NCBI GenBank assembly: GCA_964016885.1
Contig: OZ024742.1
Location: 277,202,001-277,266,000 of the forward strand
Source of the DNA: Eledone cirrhosa
Taxonomy: Eukaryota
Direction: 5' to 3'
DNA length: 64,000 bases
In this document: one piece after another, positions 36,880 through 50,262 of the stretch
How the letters are laid out: every line of letters begins with the position of its first letter
Position numbering within the stretch: position 1 is the first letter of the stretch
Notes under the pieces: model-generated
Database searches by the model: none
What the model saw: the letters and a program-made list of their open reading frames with translations, nothing else
What the model was told of the DNA's origin: nothing
Program-made: the position numbers and the translations under genes

Positions 36880-37891
36880 GTACATATACTTTTTACATAT
36901 GAAAGAACACATTTTTAGATTTTTACAGACATTCTCTCTTAGATGTTCAACATATCTTTCCATAACGATCGGTCAATTGTTAGCACTACACATGGCAACT
37001 ACCATTTTCATCCGGCATTCTAGCATATTTAATTCTTTCCATTTTACCATCGTCCCATCTCTGGCAACTCAACAATCTCTCGTTTCGTTCATCTTCTCAA
37101 AAATATTAATTCATGTTTGCACACACAAAACTAAACTCAAAGCCTGAGCTCGAGCCAGCGCGGCTGGACCGAGGGGACGCCATGACAATCTTCCCATTCC
37201 GTGGCGGTAGGCCACACGTCTCTCATGCTACACGATGTGGCACCTTCTCTAGCGGAAGCATGCTGCGTCCGGCTGCCAGCTTAGGATCCGCTTTTTGCCA
37301 CGCCGAAGATGGCAAACTGCCCGAGTATCGGCCGCTTTCTGATATGTTTGTGGTAGAGCGAGTAGCAGTGGAGACTACCAGTGTTCTTGACCCCTAGACA
37401 ACGGCCCCCGCTCATGGCCATCGGAGCTGAGTTGGGTGCGCGAAGCTGCAAGTCTCCCCCAGGTTGATTGGCTCTACCAGCTCGTCTCCGTCACCGTCCA
37501 CCGAGGCACTATATTCTTCATCCTGTCGGTACGAAGAGGTGCAGGGTAAGATAGTTTCCACCTCATATTTCTCTTCTGCTGCCTAGATATTTCTTCCTAG
37601 ACATATGTTACCGAAAGTTTTCAGAGTAATCGAAAGCAACAGCTGATTTTTGATTTCATAATAACGACAAAGACGATATCATCATCAGAGAATACATTTG
37701 GAAAGGTTGATTGGTGGTAAGTATTTCCGTTGGACATGCAAAATTATTGCGGACATATAGTGTTGAAATGTTGCACAAGTTTACTGATTAATGAAACAAT
37801 GTTTCGATTATGACATCATCACTATTTAAATTGTGATAAGGTCGTTTACAAATTGTTAGAAAAAGCAAAGAATGGAGTAAAACTACCAGAG

Positions 37892-37963
37892 TTCCCATGT
37901 CGGGAATCGAATCCGGGCCTCCTGGTTGAAGGCCAGGAATCCTAACCACTAGACCACATGGGA
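37892..37963 (-). pseudogene. tRNA-Glu(TTC), unit 3, diverged
   Basis: B-box G53A, U33C. Confidence 0.7.
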
Positions 37964-38143
37964 AGCCATTGCTGAAGAGAGGAAATAGTTCACTTTTAAA
38001 TGTGACAATATATAAATAAACTGTAGAAATTGTACATACTTACAGAAGCAGGCATAACATGACAGGCACGGTTTTCGTTCATAGATAAATATCACTAGCG
38101 ATTTCTTCAATACGTTGCTTTACTAAAGATTGCCAAATATACA

Positions 38144-38215
38144 TCCTCGGTAGTATATTGGTAAGTATCCCCGCCTGTCACGCGGGAGACGGGGTTCGAT
38201 TCCCCGCCGGGGAGG
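38144..38215 (+). tRNA. tRNA-Asp(GTC), unit 3 variant
   Basis: D-loop and T-stem substitutions. Confidence 0.65.
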
Positions 38216-39230
38216 TACATATCCTTTTTTACCTATGAAAGAACAAAATTTTAGATTTTTACAGACATTCTCTCTTAGATGTTCAACATATCTTTCCATA
38301 ACGATCGGTCAATTGTTAGCACTACACATGGCAACTACCATTTTCATCTGGCATTCTAGCATATTTAATTCTTTCCATTTGACCATCGTCCCATCTCTGG
38401 CAACTCAACAATCTCTCGTTTCGTTCATCTTCTCAAAAATATTAATTCATGTTTGCACACACAAAGCTAAACTCAAAGCCTGAGCTCGAGCCAGCGCGGC
38501 TGGACCGAGGGGACGGCATGACAATCTTCCCATTCCGTGGCGGTAGGCCACACGTCTCTCATGCTACACGATGTGGCACCTTCTCTAGCGGCAACATGGT
38601 GCGTTCGGCTGCCAGCTTAGGATCCGCTGTTTGCCACGCCGAAGATGGCAAACTGCCCGAATATCGGCCGCTTTCTGATATGTTTGTGGTAGAGCGAGTA
38701 GCAGTGGAGACTACCAGTGTTCTTGACCCCTAGACAACGGCTCCCGCTCATGGTAATCGGTGCTGAGTTGGGTGCGTGAAGCTGCAAGTCTCCCCCAGTT
38801 TGATTGGCTCTCCCAGCTCGTCTCCGTCACCGTCTACCGAGGCAATATATTCTTAATCCTGTCGGTACGTAGAGGTGCAGGGTAAGATAGTTTCCACCTC
38901 ATATTTCTCTTCTGCTGCCTAGATATTTCTTCCTAGACATATGTTACCGAAAGTTTTCAGAGTAATCGAAAGCAACAGCTGATTTTTGATTTCATAAAAA
39001 CGACAACGACGATATCAACATAAGAGAAGAATACATTTGGAAAGGTTGATTGGTGGTAAGTATTTCCGTTGGACATGCAAAATTATTGCCGACGTATAGT
39101 GTTGAAATATTGCACAAGTTTACTGATTAATGAAACAATGTTTCGACTATGACATCATCACTATTTAAATTGTGATCAGGACGCTGACAAATTGTTAGAA
39201 GAAGCAAAGAATGGAGTAAAACAATAAGAG

Positions 39231-39302
39231 TTCCCATGCCGGGAATCGAACCCGGGCCGCCCGGGTGAAAGCCAGGAATCCTAACCACTAGACCACATGG
39301 GA
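39231..39302 (-). tRNA. tRNA-Glu(TTC), unit 4
   Basis: One change, giving a G-U pair in the anticodon stem. Confidence 0.9.
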
Positions 39303-39483
39303 AGCCATTGCTGAAATGAGGAAATAGTACACTTTTAAATGTGACGATATGTAAATAAACTGTAGAAACTTGTATATATTTACAGAAGCAGGCATAACAT
39401 GACAGGCACGGTTTTCGTTCATAGATAAATATCACTAGCGATTTCTTCAATACGTTGCTTTACTAAAGATTGCCAAATATACA

Positions 39484-39555
39484 TCCTCGGTAGTATAGTG
39501 GCAAGTATCCCCGCCTGTCATACGTGAGACCGGGGTTCGATTCCCCGCCAGGGAG
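39484..39555 (+). pseudogene. tRNA-Asp(GTC), unit 4, broken anticodon stem
   Basis: gtcatacgtgag in place of gtcacgcgggag. Confidence 0.7.
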
Positions 39556-40568
39556 GTACATATACTCTTTACCTATGAAAGAACAAAATTTTAGATTTTT
39601 ACACACATTCTCTCTTAGATGTTCAACATATCTTTCCATAACGATCGGTCAATTGTTAGCACTACACATGGCAACTACCATTTTCATCTGGCATTCTAGC
39701 ATATTTAATTCTTTCCATTTTACCGTCGTCCCATCTCTGGCAACTCAACAATCTCTCGTTTCGTTCATCTTCTCAAAAATATTAATTCATGTTTGCACAC
39801 ACAAAGCTAAACTCAAAGCCTGAGGTCGAGCCAGCGCGGCTGGACCGAGGGGACGGCATGACAATCTTCCCATTCCGTAGCGGTAGGCCACACGTCTCAC
39901 ATGCTACACGATGTGGCACCTTCTCTAGCGGCAGCATGCTGCGTCCGGCTGCCAGCTTAGGATCCGCTTTTTGCCATGCCGAAGATGGCAAACTGTCCGG
40001 GAATCGGCCGCTTTCTGATATGTCTGTTGTAGAGCGAGTAGCAGTGGAGACTACCAGTGTTCTTGACCCCTAGACAACGGCCCCCGCTCATGGCCATCGG
40101 AGCTGAGTTGGGTGAGCGAAGCTGCAAGTCTCCCCCAGTTTGATTGGCTCTACCAGCTCGTCTCCGTCACCGTCCTCCGAGGCAATATATTCTTCATCCT
40201 GTCGGTACGAAGAGGTTCAGGGTAAGATAGTTTCCACCTCATATTTCTCTTCTGCTGCCTAGATATTTCTCCCTAGACATGCTACCGAAAGTTTTCAGAG
40301 TAATCGAAAGCAACAGCTGATTTTTGATTTCATAAAAACGACAACGACGATATCAACATCAGAGAAGAATACATTTGGAAAGGTTGATTGGAGGTATGTA
40401 TTTCTGTTGGACATGCAAAATTATTGCCGACATATAGTGTTGAAATGTTGAACAAGTTTACTGATTAATGAAACAAAGTTTCGATTATGACATCATCACT
40501 ATTTAAATTGTGATAAGGTCGTTTACAAATTGTTAGAAAAAGCAAAGAATGGAGTAAAACTATTAAAG

Positions 40569-40640
40569 TTCCCATGCCGGGAATCGAACCCGGGCCTCCT
40601 GGTTGAAGGTCAGGAATCCTAACCACTAGACGACATGGAA
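40569..40640 (-). pseudogene. tRNA-Glu(TTC), unit 5, diverged
   Basis: Anticodon-stem mismatch, U33C, A-box change. Confidence 0.7.
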
Positions 40641-40821
40641 AACCATTGCTGAAATGAGGAAATAGTACACTTTTAAATGTGACGATATATTAATAAACTG
40701 TAGAAACTTTTATATATTTATAGAAGCAGGCATAACATGACAGGCACCGCTTTCGTTCGTAGATAAATATCACTAGCGATTTCATCAATACGTTGCTTTA
40801 CTAAAGGTCACTAACTATACA

Positions 40822-40892
40822 TCCTCGGTAGTATAGTGGTCAGTATCCCCGCCTGTCACGCGGGAGACGGGGTTCGATTCCCCGCCGGGGAG
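40822..40892 (+). tRNA. tRNA-Asp(GTC), unit 5
   Basis: 1-nt deletion plus one D-loop change. Confidence 0.7.
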
Positions 40893-41905
40893 GTACATAT
40901 ACTTTTTACATATGAAAGAACAAATTTTTAGAATTTTACACACATTCTCTCTTAGATGTTCAACATATGTTTCCATAACGATCGGTCAATTGTTAGCACT
41001 ACACATGGCAACTACCATTTTCATCTGGCATTCTAGCATATTTATTTCTTTCCATTTGACCATCGTCCCATCTCTGGCAACTCAACAATCTCTCGTTTCG
41101 TTCATCTTCTTAAAAATATTAATTCATGTTTGCACACACAAAGCTAAACTCAAAGCCTGAACTCGAGCCAGCGCGGCTGGACCGAGGGAACTGCATGAGA
41201 AACTTCCCATTCCGTGGCGGTAGGCCACACGTCTCTCTTGCTACACGATGTGGCACCTTCTCTAGCGGCAGCATGCTGCGTCCGGCTGCCAGCTTAGGAT
41301 CCGCTTTTTGCCATGCCGAAGATGGGAAACTGTCCGAGTATTGGCCGCTTTCTTATATGTTTGTGGTAGAGCGAGTAGCAGTGGAGACTACCAGTGTTCT
41401 TGACCCCTAGACAACGGCCCCCGCTCATGGCCATCGGAGCTGAGTTGGGTGCGCGAAGCAGCAAGTCTCCCCCAGTTTGATTGGCTCTACCAGCTCGTCT
41501 CCGTCACCGTCCTCCCAGGCAATATATTCTTCATCCTGTCGGTACGAAGAGGTGCAGGGTAAGATAGTTTCCACCTCATATTTCTCTTCTGCTACCTAGA
41601 TATTTCTTCCTAGACATGTTACCGAAATGTTTCAGAGTAATCGAAAGCAACAGCTGATTTTTGATTTCATAAAAACGACAAAGACGATATCAACATAAGA
41701 GAAGAATACATTTGGAAAGGTTGATTGGTGGTAAGTACTTCCGTTGGACATGCAAAATTATTGCCGACATATAGTGTTGAAATGTTCCACAAGTTTACTG
41801 ATTAATGAAGCAATGTTTCGATTTTGACATCATCACTATTTAAATTGTGATAAGGTCGTTTACAAATTGTTAGAAAAAGCAAAAAATGGAGTAAAACTAT
41901 AAGAG

Positions 41906-41977
41906 TTCCCATGCCGGGAATCGAACCCGGGCCTCCTGGTTGAGGGCCAGGACTTCTAACCACTAGACCACATGGAA
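41906..41977 (-). pseudogene. tRNA-Glu with CTC anticodon, unit 6, diverged
   Basis: Loop CC-CTC-AA, D-stem changes. Confidence 0.65.
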
Positions 41978-42158
41978 AACCATTGCTGAAGAGAGGAAAT
42001 AGTTCACTTTTAAATGTGACAATATATAAATAAACTGTAGAAACTTGTATATATTTACAGAAGCAGGCATAACATGACAGGCACGGTTTTCGTTCATAGA
42101 TAAATATCACTAGCGATTTCTTCAATACGTTGCTTTACTAAAGTTCACCGCCTATACA

Positions 42159-42230
42159 TCCTCGGTAGTGTAGTGGTAAGTATCCCCGCCTGTCACGCGG
42201 GAGACCGGGGTTCGATTCCCCGCCGGGGAG
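42159..42230 (+). tRNA. tRNA-Asp(GTC), unit 6
   Basis: One D-stem A>G change (G-U pair). Confidence 0.9.
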
Positions 42231-43243
42231 GTACATTTACTTTTTACCTATGAAAGAACAAAATTTTAGATTTTTACACACATTCTCTCTTAGATGTTCA
42301 ACATATCTTTCCATAACGATCGGTCAATTGTTAGCACTACACATGGCAACTAACATTTTCATCTGGCATTCTAGCATATTTAATTCTTTCCATTTTACCG
42401 TCGTCCCATCTCTGGCAACTCAACAATCTCTCGTTTCGTTCATCTTCTCAAAAATATTAATTCATGTTTGCACACACAAAGCTAAACACAAAGAATGAGC
42501 TCGAGCCAGCGCGGCTGGACCGAGGGGACGGCATGACAATCTTCCCATTCCGTGGCGGTAGGCCACACGTCTCTCATGCTACACGATGTGGCACCTTCTC
42601 TAGCGGCAGCATGCTGCGTCCGGCTGCCAGCTTAGGAACCGCTTTTTGCCACGCCGAAGATGGCAATCTGTCCGGGAATCGGCCGCTTTCTGATATGTCT
42701 GTTGTAGAGCGAGTAGCAGTGGAGACTACCAGTGTTCTTGACCCCTAGACAACGGCCCCCGCTCATGGCCATAGGAGCTGAGTTGGGTGCGCGAAGTTGC
42801 AAGTCTCCCCCAGTTTGATTGGCTCTCCCAGCTCGTCTCCGTCACCGTCTACCGAGGCAATATATTCTTCATCCTGTCGGTACGAAGAGGTACAGGGTAA
42901 GATAGTTTCCACCTCATATTTCTCTTCTGCTGCCTCGATATTTCTTCCTAGACATGTTACCGAAAGTTTTCAGAGTAATCGAAAGCAACAGTTGATTTTA
43001 GATTTCATAAAAACGACAAAGACGATATCAACATAAGAGAAGAATACATTTGGAAAGGTTGATTGGTGGTATGTATTTCCGTTGGACATGCAAAATTATT
43101 GCCGACATATAGTGTTGAAATATTGCACAAGTTTACTGATTAATGAAACAATGTTTCGAATATGACATCATCACTATTTAAATTGTGATAAGGATACTTA
43201 CAAATTGTTAGAAGAAGCAAGGAATGGAGTAAAACTATTAGAG

Positions 43244-43315
43244 TTCCCATGCCGGGAATCGAACCCGGGCCGCCTGGGTGAGAGCCAGGAATCCTAACCA
43301 CTAGACCACATGGGA
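43244..43315 (-). tRNA. tRNA-Glu(CTC), unit 7
   Basis: Consensus body with anticodon arm CCTGG-CT-CTC-AC-CCAGG. Confidence 0.9.
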
Positions 43316-43496
43316 AGCCATTGCTGAAGAGAGGAAATAGTTCACTTTTAAATGTGACAATATATAATTAAACTGTAGAAACTTCTATATATTTATTGAA
43401 GCAGGCATAACATGACAGGCACGATTTTCGTTCGTAGATAAATATCACTAGCGATTTCTTCAATACGTTGCTTTACTAAAGATTGCCAAATATACA

Positions 43497-43568
43497 TCCT
43501 CGGTAGTATAGTGGTAAGTATCCCCGCCTGTCGCGCGGGAGACCGGGGTTCGATTCCCCGCCGGGGAG
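43497..43568 (+). tRNA. tRNA-Asp(GTC), unit 7 (A37G)
   Basis: Single change at position 37. Confidence 0.85.
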
Positions 43569-44583
43569 GTACATTTACTTTTTACCTATGAAAGAACAAA
43601 ATTTTAGATTTTTACACACATTCCCTCTTAGATGTTCAACATATCTTTCCATAACGATCGGTCAATTGTTAGCACTACACATGGCAACTACCATTTTCAT
43701 TTGGCATTCTAGCATATTTAATTCTTTCCATTTGACCATCGTCCCATCTCTGGCAACTCAACAATCTCTCGTTTCGTTCATCTTCTCAAAAATATTAATT
43801 CATGTTTGCACACACAAAGCTAAACTCAAAGCCTGAACTCGAGCCAGCGCGGCTTGACCAAGGGAACGGCATGACAATCTTCCCATTCCGTGGCGTTAGG
43901 CCACACGTCTCTCATGCTACACGATGTGGCACCTTCTCTAGCGGCAGCATGCTCCGTCCGGCTGCCAGCTTAGGTTCCGCTGTTTGCCACGCCGAAGATG
44001 GCAAACTGCCCGAGTATCGGCCGCTTTCTGATATGTTTGTGGTAGAGCGAGTAGCAGTGGAGACTACCAGTGTTCTTGACCCCTGGACAACGGCCCCCGC
44101 TCATGGCCATTGGAGCTGAGTTGGTTTCGCGAAGCTGCAAGTCTCCCCCAGGTTGATTGGCTCTACCAGCTCGTCTCCGTCACCGTCCTCCGAGGCACTA
44201 TATTCTTCATCCTGTCGGTATGAAGAGGTGAAGGGTAAGATAGTTTCCACCTCATATTTCTCTTCTGCTGCCTTGATATTTCTTCCTAGACATATGTTAC
44301 CGAAAGTTTTCAGAGTAATCGAAAGCAACAGCTGATTTTTGATTTCATAAAAACGACAAAGACGATATCAACATAAGAGAAGAATACATTTAGAAAGATT
44401 GATTGGTGGTAAGTATTTCCGTAGGACATGCAAAATTATTGCCGACATATATTGTTGAAATGTTCCACAAGTTTACTGATTAATGAAACAATGTTTCGAT
44501 TATCACATCATCACTATTTAAATTGTGATAAGGTCGTTTACAAATTGTTAGAAAAAGCAAAGAATGGAGTAAAACTATTAGAG

Positions 44584-44655
44584 TTCCCATGCCGGGAATC
44601 GAACCCGGGCCTTCTGGTTGAAAGCCAGGAATCCTAACCACTAGACCACATCGGA
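44584..44655 (-). pseudogene. tRNA-Glu(TTC), unit 8, diverged
   Basis: Acceptor- and anticodon-stem mismatches. Confidence 0.65.
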
Positions 44656-44835
44656 AGACATTGCTGAAATGAGGAAATAGTACACTTTTAAATGTGACGA
44701 TATATTAATAAACTGTAGAAACTTCTATATATTTATAGAAGCAGGCATAACATGACAAGTATGGCTTTCGTTCGTAGATAAATATCACTAGCGATTTCTT
44801 TAATACGTTGCTTACTAAAGGTCACCACCTGTACG

Positions 44836-44907
44836 CCCTCGGTAGTATAGTGGTAAGTATCCCCGCCTGTCTCGCGGGAGACCGGGGTTCGATTCCCCGC
44901 CGGGGAG
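44836..44907 (+). tRNA. tRNA-Asp(GTC), unit 8 variant
   Basis: T1C, A37T. Confidence 0.65.
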
Positions 44908-45921
44908 GTACATATACTTTTTACATATGAAAGAACAAATTTTTAGATTTTTACACACATTCTCTCTTAGATGTTCAACATATGTTTCCATAACGATCGG
45001 TCAATTGTTAACACTACACACGCAACTACCACTTTCATCTGGCATTCTAGCATATTTAATTCTTTCCATTTGACCATCGTCCCATCTCTGGCAACTCAAC
45101 AATCTGTCGTTTCGTTCATCTTCTCAAAAATATTAATTCATGTTAGCACACACAAAGCTAAACTCAAAGCCTGAACTCGAGCCTGCGCGGCTTGACCGAG
45201 GGAAAGGCATGACAAACTTCCCATTCCGTGGCGGTAGACCACACGTCTCTCATGCTACACGATGTGGCACCTTCTCTAGCGGCAAGATGGTGCGTTCGGC
45301 TGCCAGCTTAGGATCCGCTGTTTGCCACGCCGAAGATGGCAAACTGCCCGAGTATCGGCCGCTTTCTGATATGTTTGTGGTAGAGCGAGTAGCAGTGGAG
45401 ACTACCAGTGTTCTTGACCCCTAGACAACGGCCCCCGCTCATGGCCATCGGAGCTGAGTTGGGTGCGCGAAGCTGCAAGTCTCCCCCAGTTTGATTGGCT
45501 CTCCCAGCTCGTCTCCGTCACCGTCTACCGTGGCAGTATATTCTTCATCCCGTCGGTACGAAGAGGTGCAGGGTAAGATAGTTTCCACCTCATATTTCTC
45601 TTCTGCTGCCTAGATATTTCTTCCTAGACATATGTTACCGAAAGTTTTCAGAGTAATCGAAAGCAACAGCTGATACTTGATTTCATAAAAACGACAACGA
45701 CGATATCAACATCAGAGAAGAATACATTTGGAAAGGTTGATTGGTGGTAAGTATTTCCGTTGGACATGCAAAATTGTTGCTGACATATAGTGTTGAAATA
45801 TTGCACAAGTTTACTGATTAATGAAACAATGTTTCGACTATGACATCATCACTATTTAATTTGTGATAAGGACGCTTACAAATTGTTAGAAGAAGCAAAG
45901 AATGGAGTAAAACAATTAGAG

Positions 45922-45993
45922 TTCACATGCCGGGAATCGAACCCGGGCCGCCTGGGTGAAAGCCAAGAATCCTAACCACTAGACCACATGGGA
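45922..45993 (-). tRNA. tRNA-Glu(TTC), unit 9 variant
   Basis: Acceptor-stem mismatch and one anticodon-stem change. Confidence 0.65.
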
Positions 45994-46174
45994 AGTCATT
46001 GCTGACATGAGGAAATAGTACACTTTTAAATGTGACGATATATTAATAAACTGTAGAAACTTCTATATATTTATAGAAGCAGGCATAACATGACAAGTAT
46101 GGCTTTCGTTCGTAGATAAATATCACTAGCGATTTCTTCAATACGTTGCTTTACTAAAGGTCACCCCCTATACA

Positions 46175-46245
46175 TCTTCGGTAGTATAGTGGTAAGTATC
46201 CCCGCCTGTCACGCGGGAGACCGGGGTTCGATTCCCCGCGTGGAG
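46175..46245 (+). pseudogene. tRNA-Asp(GTC), unit 9, damaged acceptor stem
   Basis: 3' end cccgcgtggag. Confidence 0.65.
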
Positions 46246-47258
46246 GTACATATACTTTTTACATATGAAAGAACAAATTTTTAGATTTTTACACACATTC
46301 TCTCTTAGATGTTCAACATATCTTTCCATAACGATCGGTCAATTGTTAGCACTACACATGGACACTACCATTTTCATCTGGCATTCTAGCATATTTAATT
46401 CTTTCCATTTGACCATCGTCCCATCTCTGGCAACTCAACAATCTCTCGTTTCGTTCATCGTCTCAAAAATATTAATTCATGTTAGCACACACAAAGCTAA
46501 ACTCAAAGCCTGAACTCGAGCCTGCGCGGCTTGACCGAGGGAACGGCATGACAAACTTCCCATTCCGTAGCGGTAGACCACACGTCTCTCATGCTACACG
46601 ATGTGGCACCTTCTCTAGCGGCAAGATGGTGCGTTCGGCTGCCAGCTGAGGATCCGCTGTTTGCCACGCCGAAGATGGCAAACTGCCCGAGTATCGGCCG
46701 CTTTCTGATATGTTTGTGGTAGAGCGAGTAGCAGTGGAGACTACCAGTGTTCTTGACCCCTAGACAACGGCCCCCGCTCATGGCCATCGGAGCTGAGTTG
46801 GGTGCGCGAAGCTGCAAGTCTCCCCCAGTTTGATTGGCTCTCCCAGCTCGTCTCCGTCACCGTCTACCGTGGCAGTATATTCTTCATCCCGTCGGTACGA
46901 AGAGGTGCAGGGTAAGATAGTTTCCACCTCATATTTCTCTTCTGCTGCCTAGATATTTCTTCCTAGACATGTTACCGAAAGTTTTCAGAGTAATCGAAAG
47001 CAACAGCTGATACTTGATTTCATAAAAACGACAACGACGATATCAACATCAGAGAAGAATACATTTGGAAAGGTTGATTGGTGGTAAGTATTTCGGTTGG
47101 ACATGCAAAATTGTTGCTGACATATAGTGTTGAAATATTGCACAAGTTTACTGATTAATGAAACAATGTTTCGACTATGACATCATCACTATTTAATTTG
47201 TGATAAGGACGCTTACAAATTGTTAGAAGAAGCAAAGAATGGAGTAAAACAATTAGAG

Positions 47259-47330
47259 TTCCCATGCCGGGAATCGAACCCGGGCCGCCTGGGTGAAAGC
47301 CAGGAATCCTAGCCACTAGACCACATGGGA
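47259..47330 (-). tRNA. tRNA-Glu(TTC), unit 10
   Basis: One D-loop change. Confidence 0.9.
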
Positions 47331-47511
47331 AGTCATTGCTGAAATGAAGAAATAGTACACTTTTAAATGTGACGATATATTAATAAACTGTAGAAACTTC
47401 TATATATTTATAGAAGCAGGCATAACATGACAAGTATGGCTTTCGTTCGTAGATAAATATAACTAGCGATTTCTTCAATACGTTGCTTTACTAAAGGTCA
47501 CCCCCTATACA

Positions 47512-47582
47512 TCCTCGGTAGTATAGTGGTAAGTATCCCCGCCTGTCACGCGGGAGACCGGGTTCGATTCCCCGCCGGGGAG
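47512..47582 (+). tRNA. tRNA-Asp(GTC), unit 10
   Basis: 1-nt deletion in the T-stem G run. Confidence 0.75.
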
Positions 47583-48597
47583 GTACATATACTTTTTACA
47601 TATGAAAGAACAAATTTTTAGATTTTTACACACATTCTCTCTTAGATGTTCAACATATCTTTCCATAACGATCGGTCAATTGTTAGCACTACACATGGAC
47701 ACTACCATTTTCATCTGGCATTCTAGCATATTTAATTCTTTCCATTTGACCATCGTCTCATCTCTGGCAACTCAACAATCTCTCGTTTCGTTCATCTTCT
47801 CAAAAATATTAATTCAAGTTTGCACACACAAAGCTAAACTCAAAGCCTGCACTCGAGCCAGCGCGGCTGGACCGAGGGGACGGCCTGACAATCTTCCCAT
47901 TCCGTGGCGGTAGGCCACACGTCTCACATGCTACACGATGTGGCACCTTCTATAGCGGCAGAATGCTGCGTCCGGCTGCCAGCTTAGGAACCGCTTTTTG
48001 CCACGCCGAAGATGGCAAACTGTCCGGGAATCGGCCGCTTTCTGATATGTCTGTTGTAGAGTGAGTAGCAGTGGAGACTACCAGTGTTCTTGAACCCTGG
48101 ACAACGGCCCCTGATCATGGCCATCGGAGCTGAGTTGGTGGCGCGAAGCTGCAAGTCTCCCCCAGGTTGATTGGCTCTAACAGCTCGTCTCCATCACCGT
48201 CCTTCGAGGCACTATATTTTTCATCCTGTCGGTATGAAGAAGCGCAGGGTAAGATAGTTTCCACCTCATATTTCTCTTCTGCTGCCTAGATATTTCTTCC
48301 TAGATATAGGTAACCGAAAGTTTTCAGAGTAATGGAAAGCAACAGCTGATTTTTGATTTCATAAAAACGACAAAGACGATATCAACATAAGAGAAGAATA
48401 CATTTGGAAAGGTTGATTGGTGGTAAGTACTTCCGTTGGACATGCAAAATTATTGCCGACATATAGTGTTGAAATGTTCCACAAGTTTACTGATTAATGA
48501 AACAATGTTTCGATTATGACATCATCACTATTTACATTGTGATAAGGTCGTTTACAAATTGTTAGAAAAAGCAAAGAATGGAGTAAAACAATTAGAG

Positions 48598-48669
48598 TTC
48601 CCATGCCGGGAATCGAACCCTGTCCGTCTGGGTGAAAGCCAGGAATCCTAACCACTAGACCACATGGGA
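48598..48669 (-). tRNA. tRNA-Glu(TTC), unit 11 variant
   Basis: Three substitutions in the T stem, variable loop and anticodon stem. Confidence 0.6.
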
Positions 48670-48850
48670 ATCCATTGCTGAAGAGAGGAAATAGTTCACT
48701 TTTAAATGTGACAATATATAATTAAACTGTAGAAACTTGTATATATTTACAGAAGCAGGCATAACATGACAGGCACGGTTTTCGTTCATAGATAAATATC
48801 ACTAGCGATTTCTTCAATACGTTGCTTTACTAAAGGTCACCACCTATACG

Positions 48851-48922
48851 TCCTCGGTAGTATAGTGGTAAGTATCCCCGCCTGTCACGCGGGAGACCGG
48901 GGTTCGATTCCCCGCCGGGGAG
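48851..48922 (+). tRNA. tRNA-Asp(GTC), unit 11
   Basis: Consensus; oligo-T terminator. Confidence 0.95.
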
Positions 48923-49937
48923 GTACATATACTTTTTACCCATGAAAGAACAAAATTTTAGATTTTTACACACATTCTCTCTTAGTTGTTCAACATATCT
49001 TTCCATAACGATCGGTCAATTGTTAGCACTACACATGGCAACTACCATTTTCATCTGGCATTCTAGCATATTTAATTCTTTCCATTTGACCATCGTCCCC
49101 TCTCTGGCAACTCAACAATCTCTCGTTTCGTTCATCTTCTCAAAAATATTAATTCATGTTTGCACACACAAAGCGAAACTCAAAGCCTGAACTCGAGCCA
49201 GCGCGGCTGGACCGAGGGGACGGCATGACAATCTTCCCATTCCGTGGCGGTAGGCCACACGTCTCTCATGCTACACGATGTTGGACCTTCTCTAGCGGCA
49301 ACATGGTGCGTTCGGCTGTCAGCTTAGGATCCGCTGTTTGCCACGCCGAAGATGGCAAACTGTCCGGGAATCGGCCGCTTTCTGATATGTCTGTTGTAGA
49401 GCGAGTAGCAGTGGAGACTACCAGTGTTCTTGACCCCAGGACAACGGCCCCCGCTCATGGCCATCGGAGCTGAGTTGGTTGCGCAAAGCTGCAAGTCTCC
49501 CCCAGGTTGATTGGCTCTACCAGCTCGTCTCCATCACCGTCCTTCGAGGCACTATATTTTTCATCCTGTCGGTATGAAGAAGCGCAGGGTAAGATAGTTT
49601 CCACCTCATATTTCTCTTCTGCTGCCTAGATATTTCTTCCTAGATATAGGTAACCGAAAGTTTTCAGAGTAATGGAAAGCAACAGCTGATTTTTGATTTC
49701 ATAAAAACGACAAAGACGATATCAACATAAGAGAAGAATACATTTGGAAAGGTTGATTGGTGGTAAGTACTTCCGTTGGACATGCAAAATTATTGCCGAC
49801 ATATAGTGTTGAAATGTTCCACAAGTTTACTGATTAATGAAACAATGTTTCGATTATGACATCATCACTATTTACATTGTGATAAGGTCGTTTACAAATT
49901 GTTAGAAAAAGCAAAGAATGGAGTAAAACAATTAGAG

Positions 49938-50009
49938 TTCCCATGCCGGGAATCGAACCCTGTCCGTCTGGGTGAAAGCCAGGAATCCTAACCACTAGAC
50001 CACATGGGA
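49938..50009 (-). tRNA. tRNA-Glu(TTC), unit 12 variant
   Basis: Identical to unit 11. Confidence 0.6.
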
Positions 50010-50190
50010 ATCCATTGCTGAAGAGAGGAAATAGTTCACTTTTAAATGTGACAATATATAATTAAACTGTAGAAACTTGTATATATTTACAGAAGCAGGC
50101 ATAACATGACAGGCACGGTTTTCGTTCATAGATAAATATCACTAGCGATTTCTTCAATACGTTGCTTTACTAAAGGTCACCACCTATACG

Positions 50191-50262
50191 TCCTCGGTAG
50201 TATAGTGGTAAGTATCCCCGCCTGTCACGCGGGAGACCGGGGTTCGATTCCCCGCCGGGGAG
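50191..50262 (+). tRNA. tRNA-Asp(GTC), unit 12
   Basis: Consensus. Confidence 0.95.
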
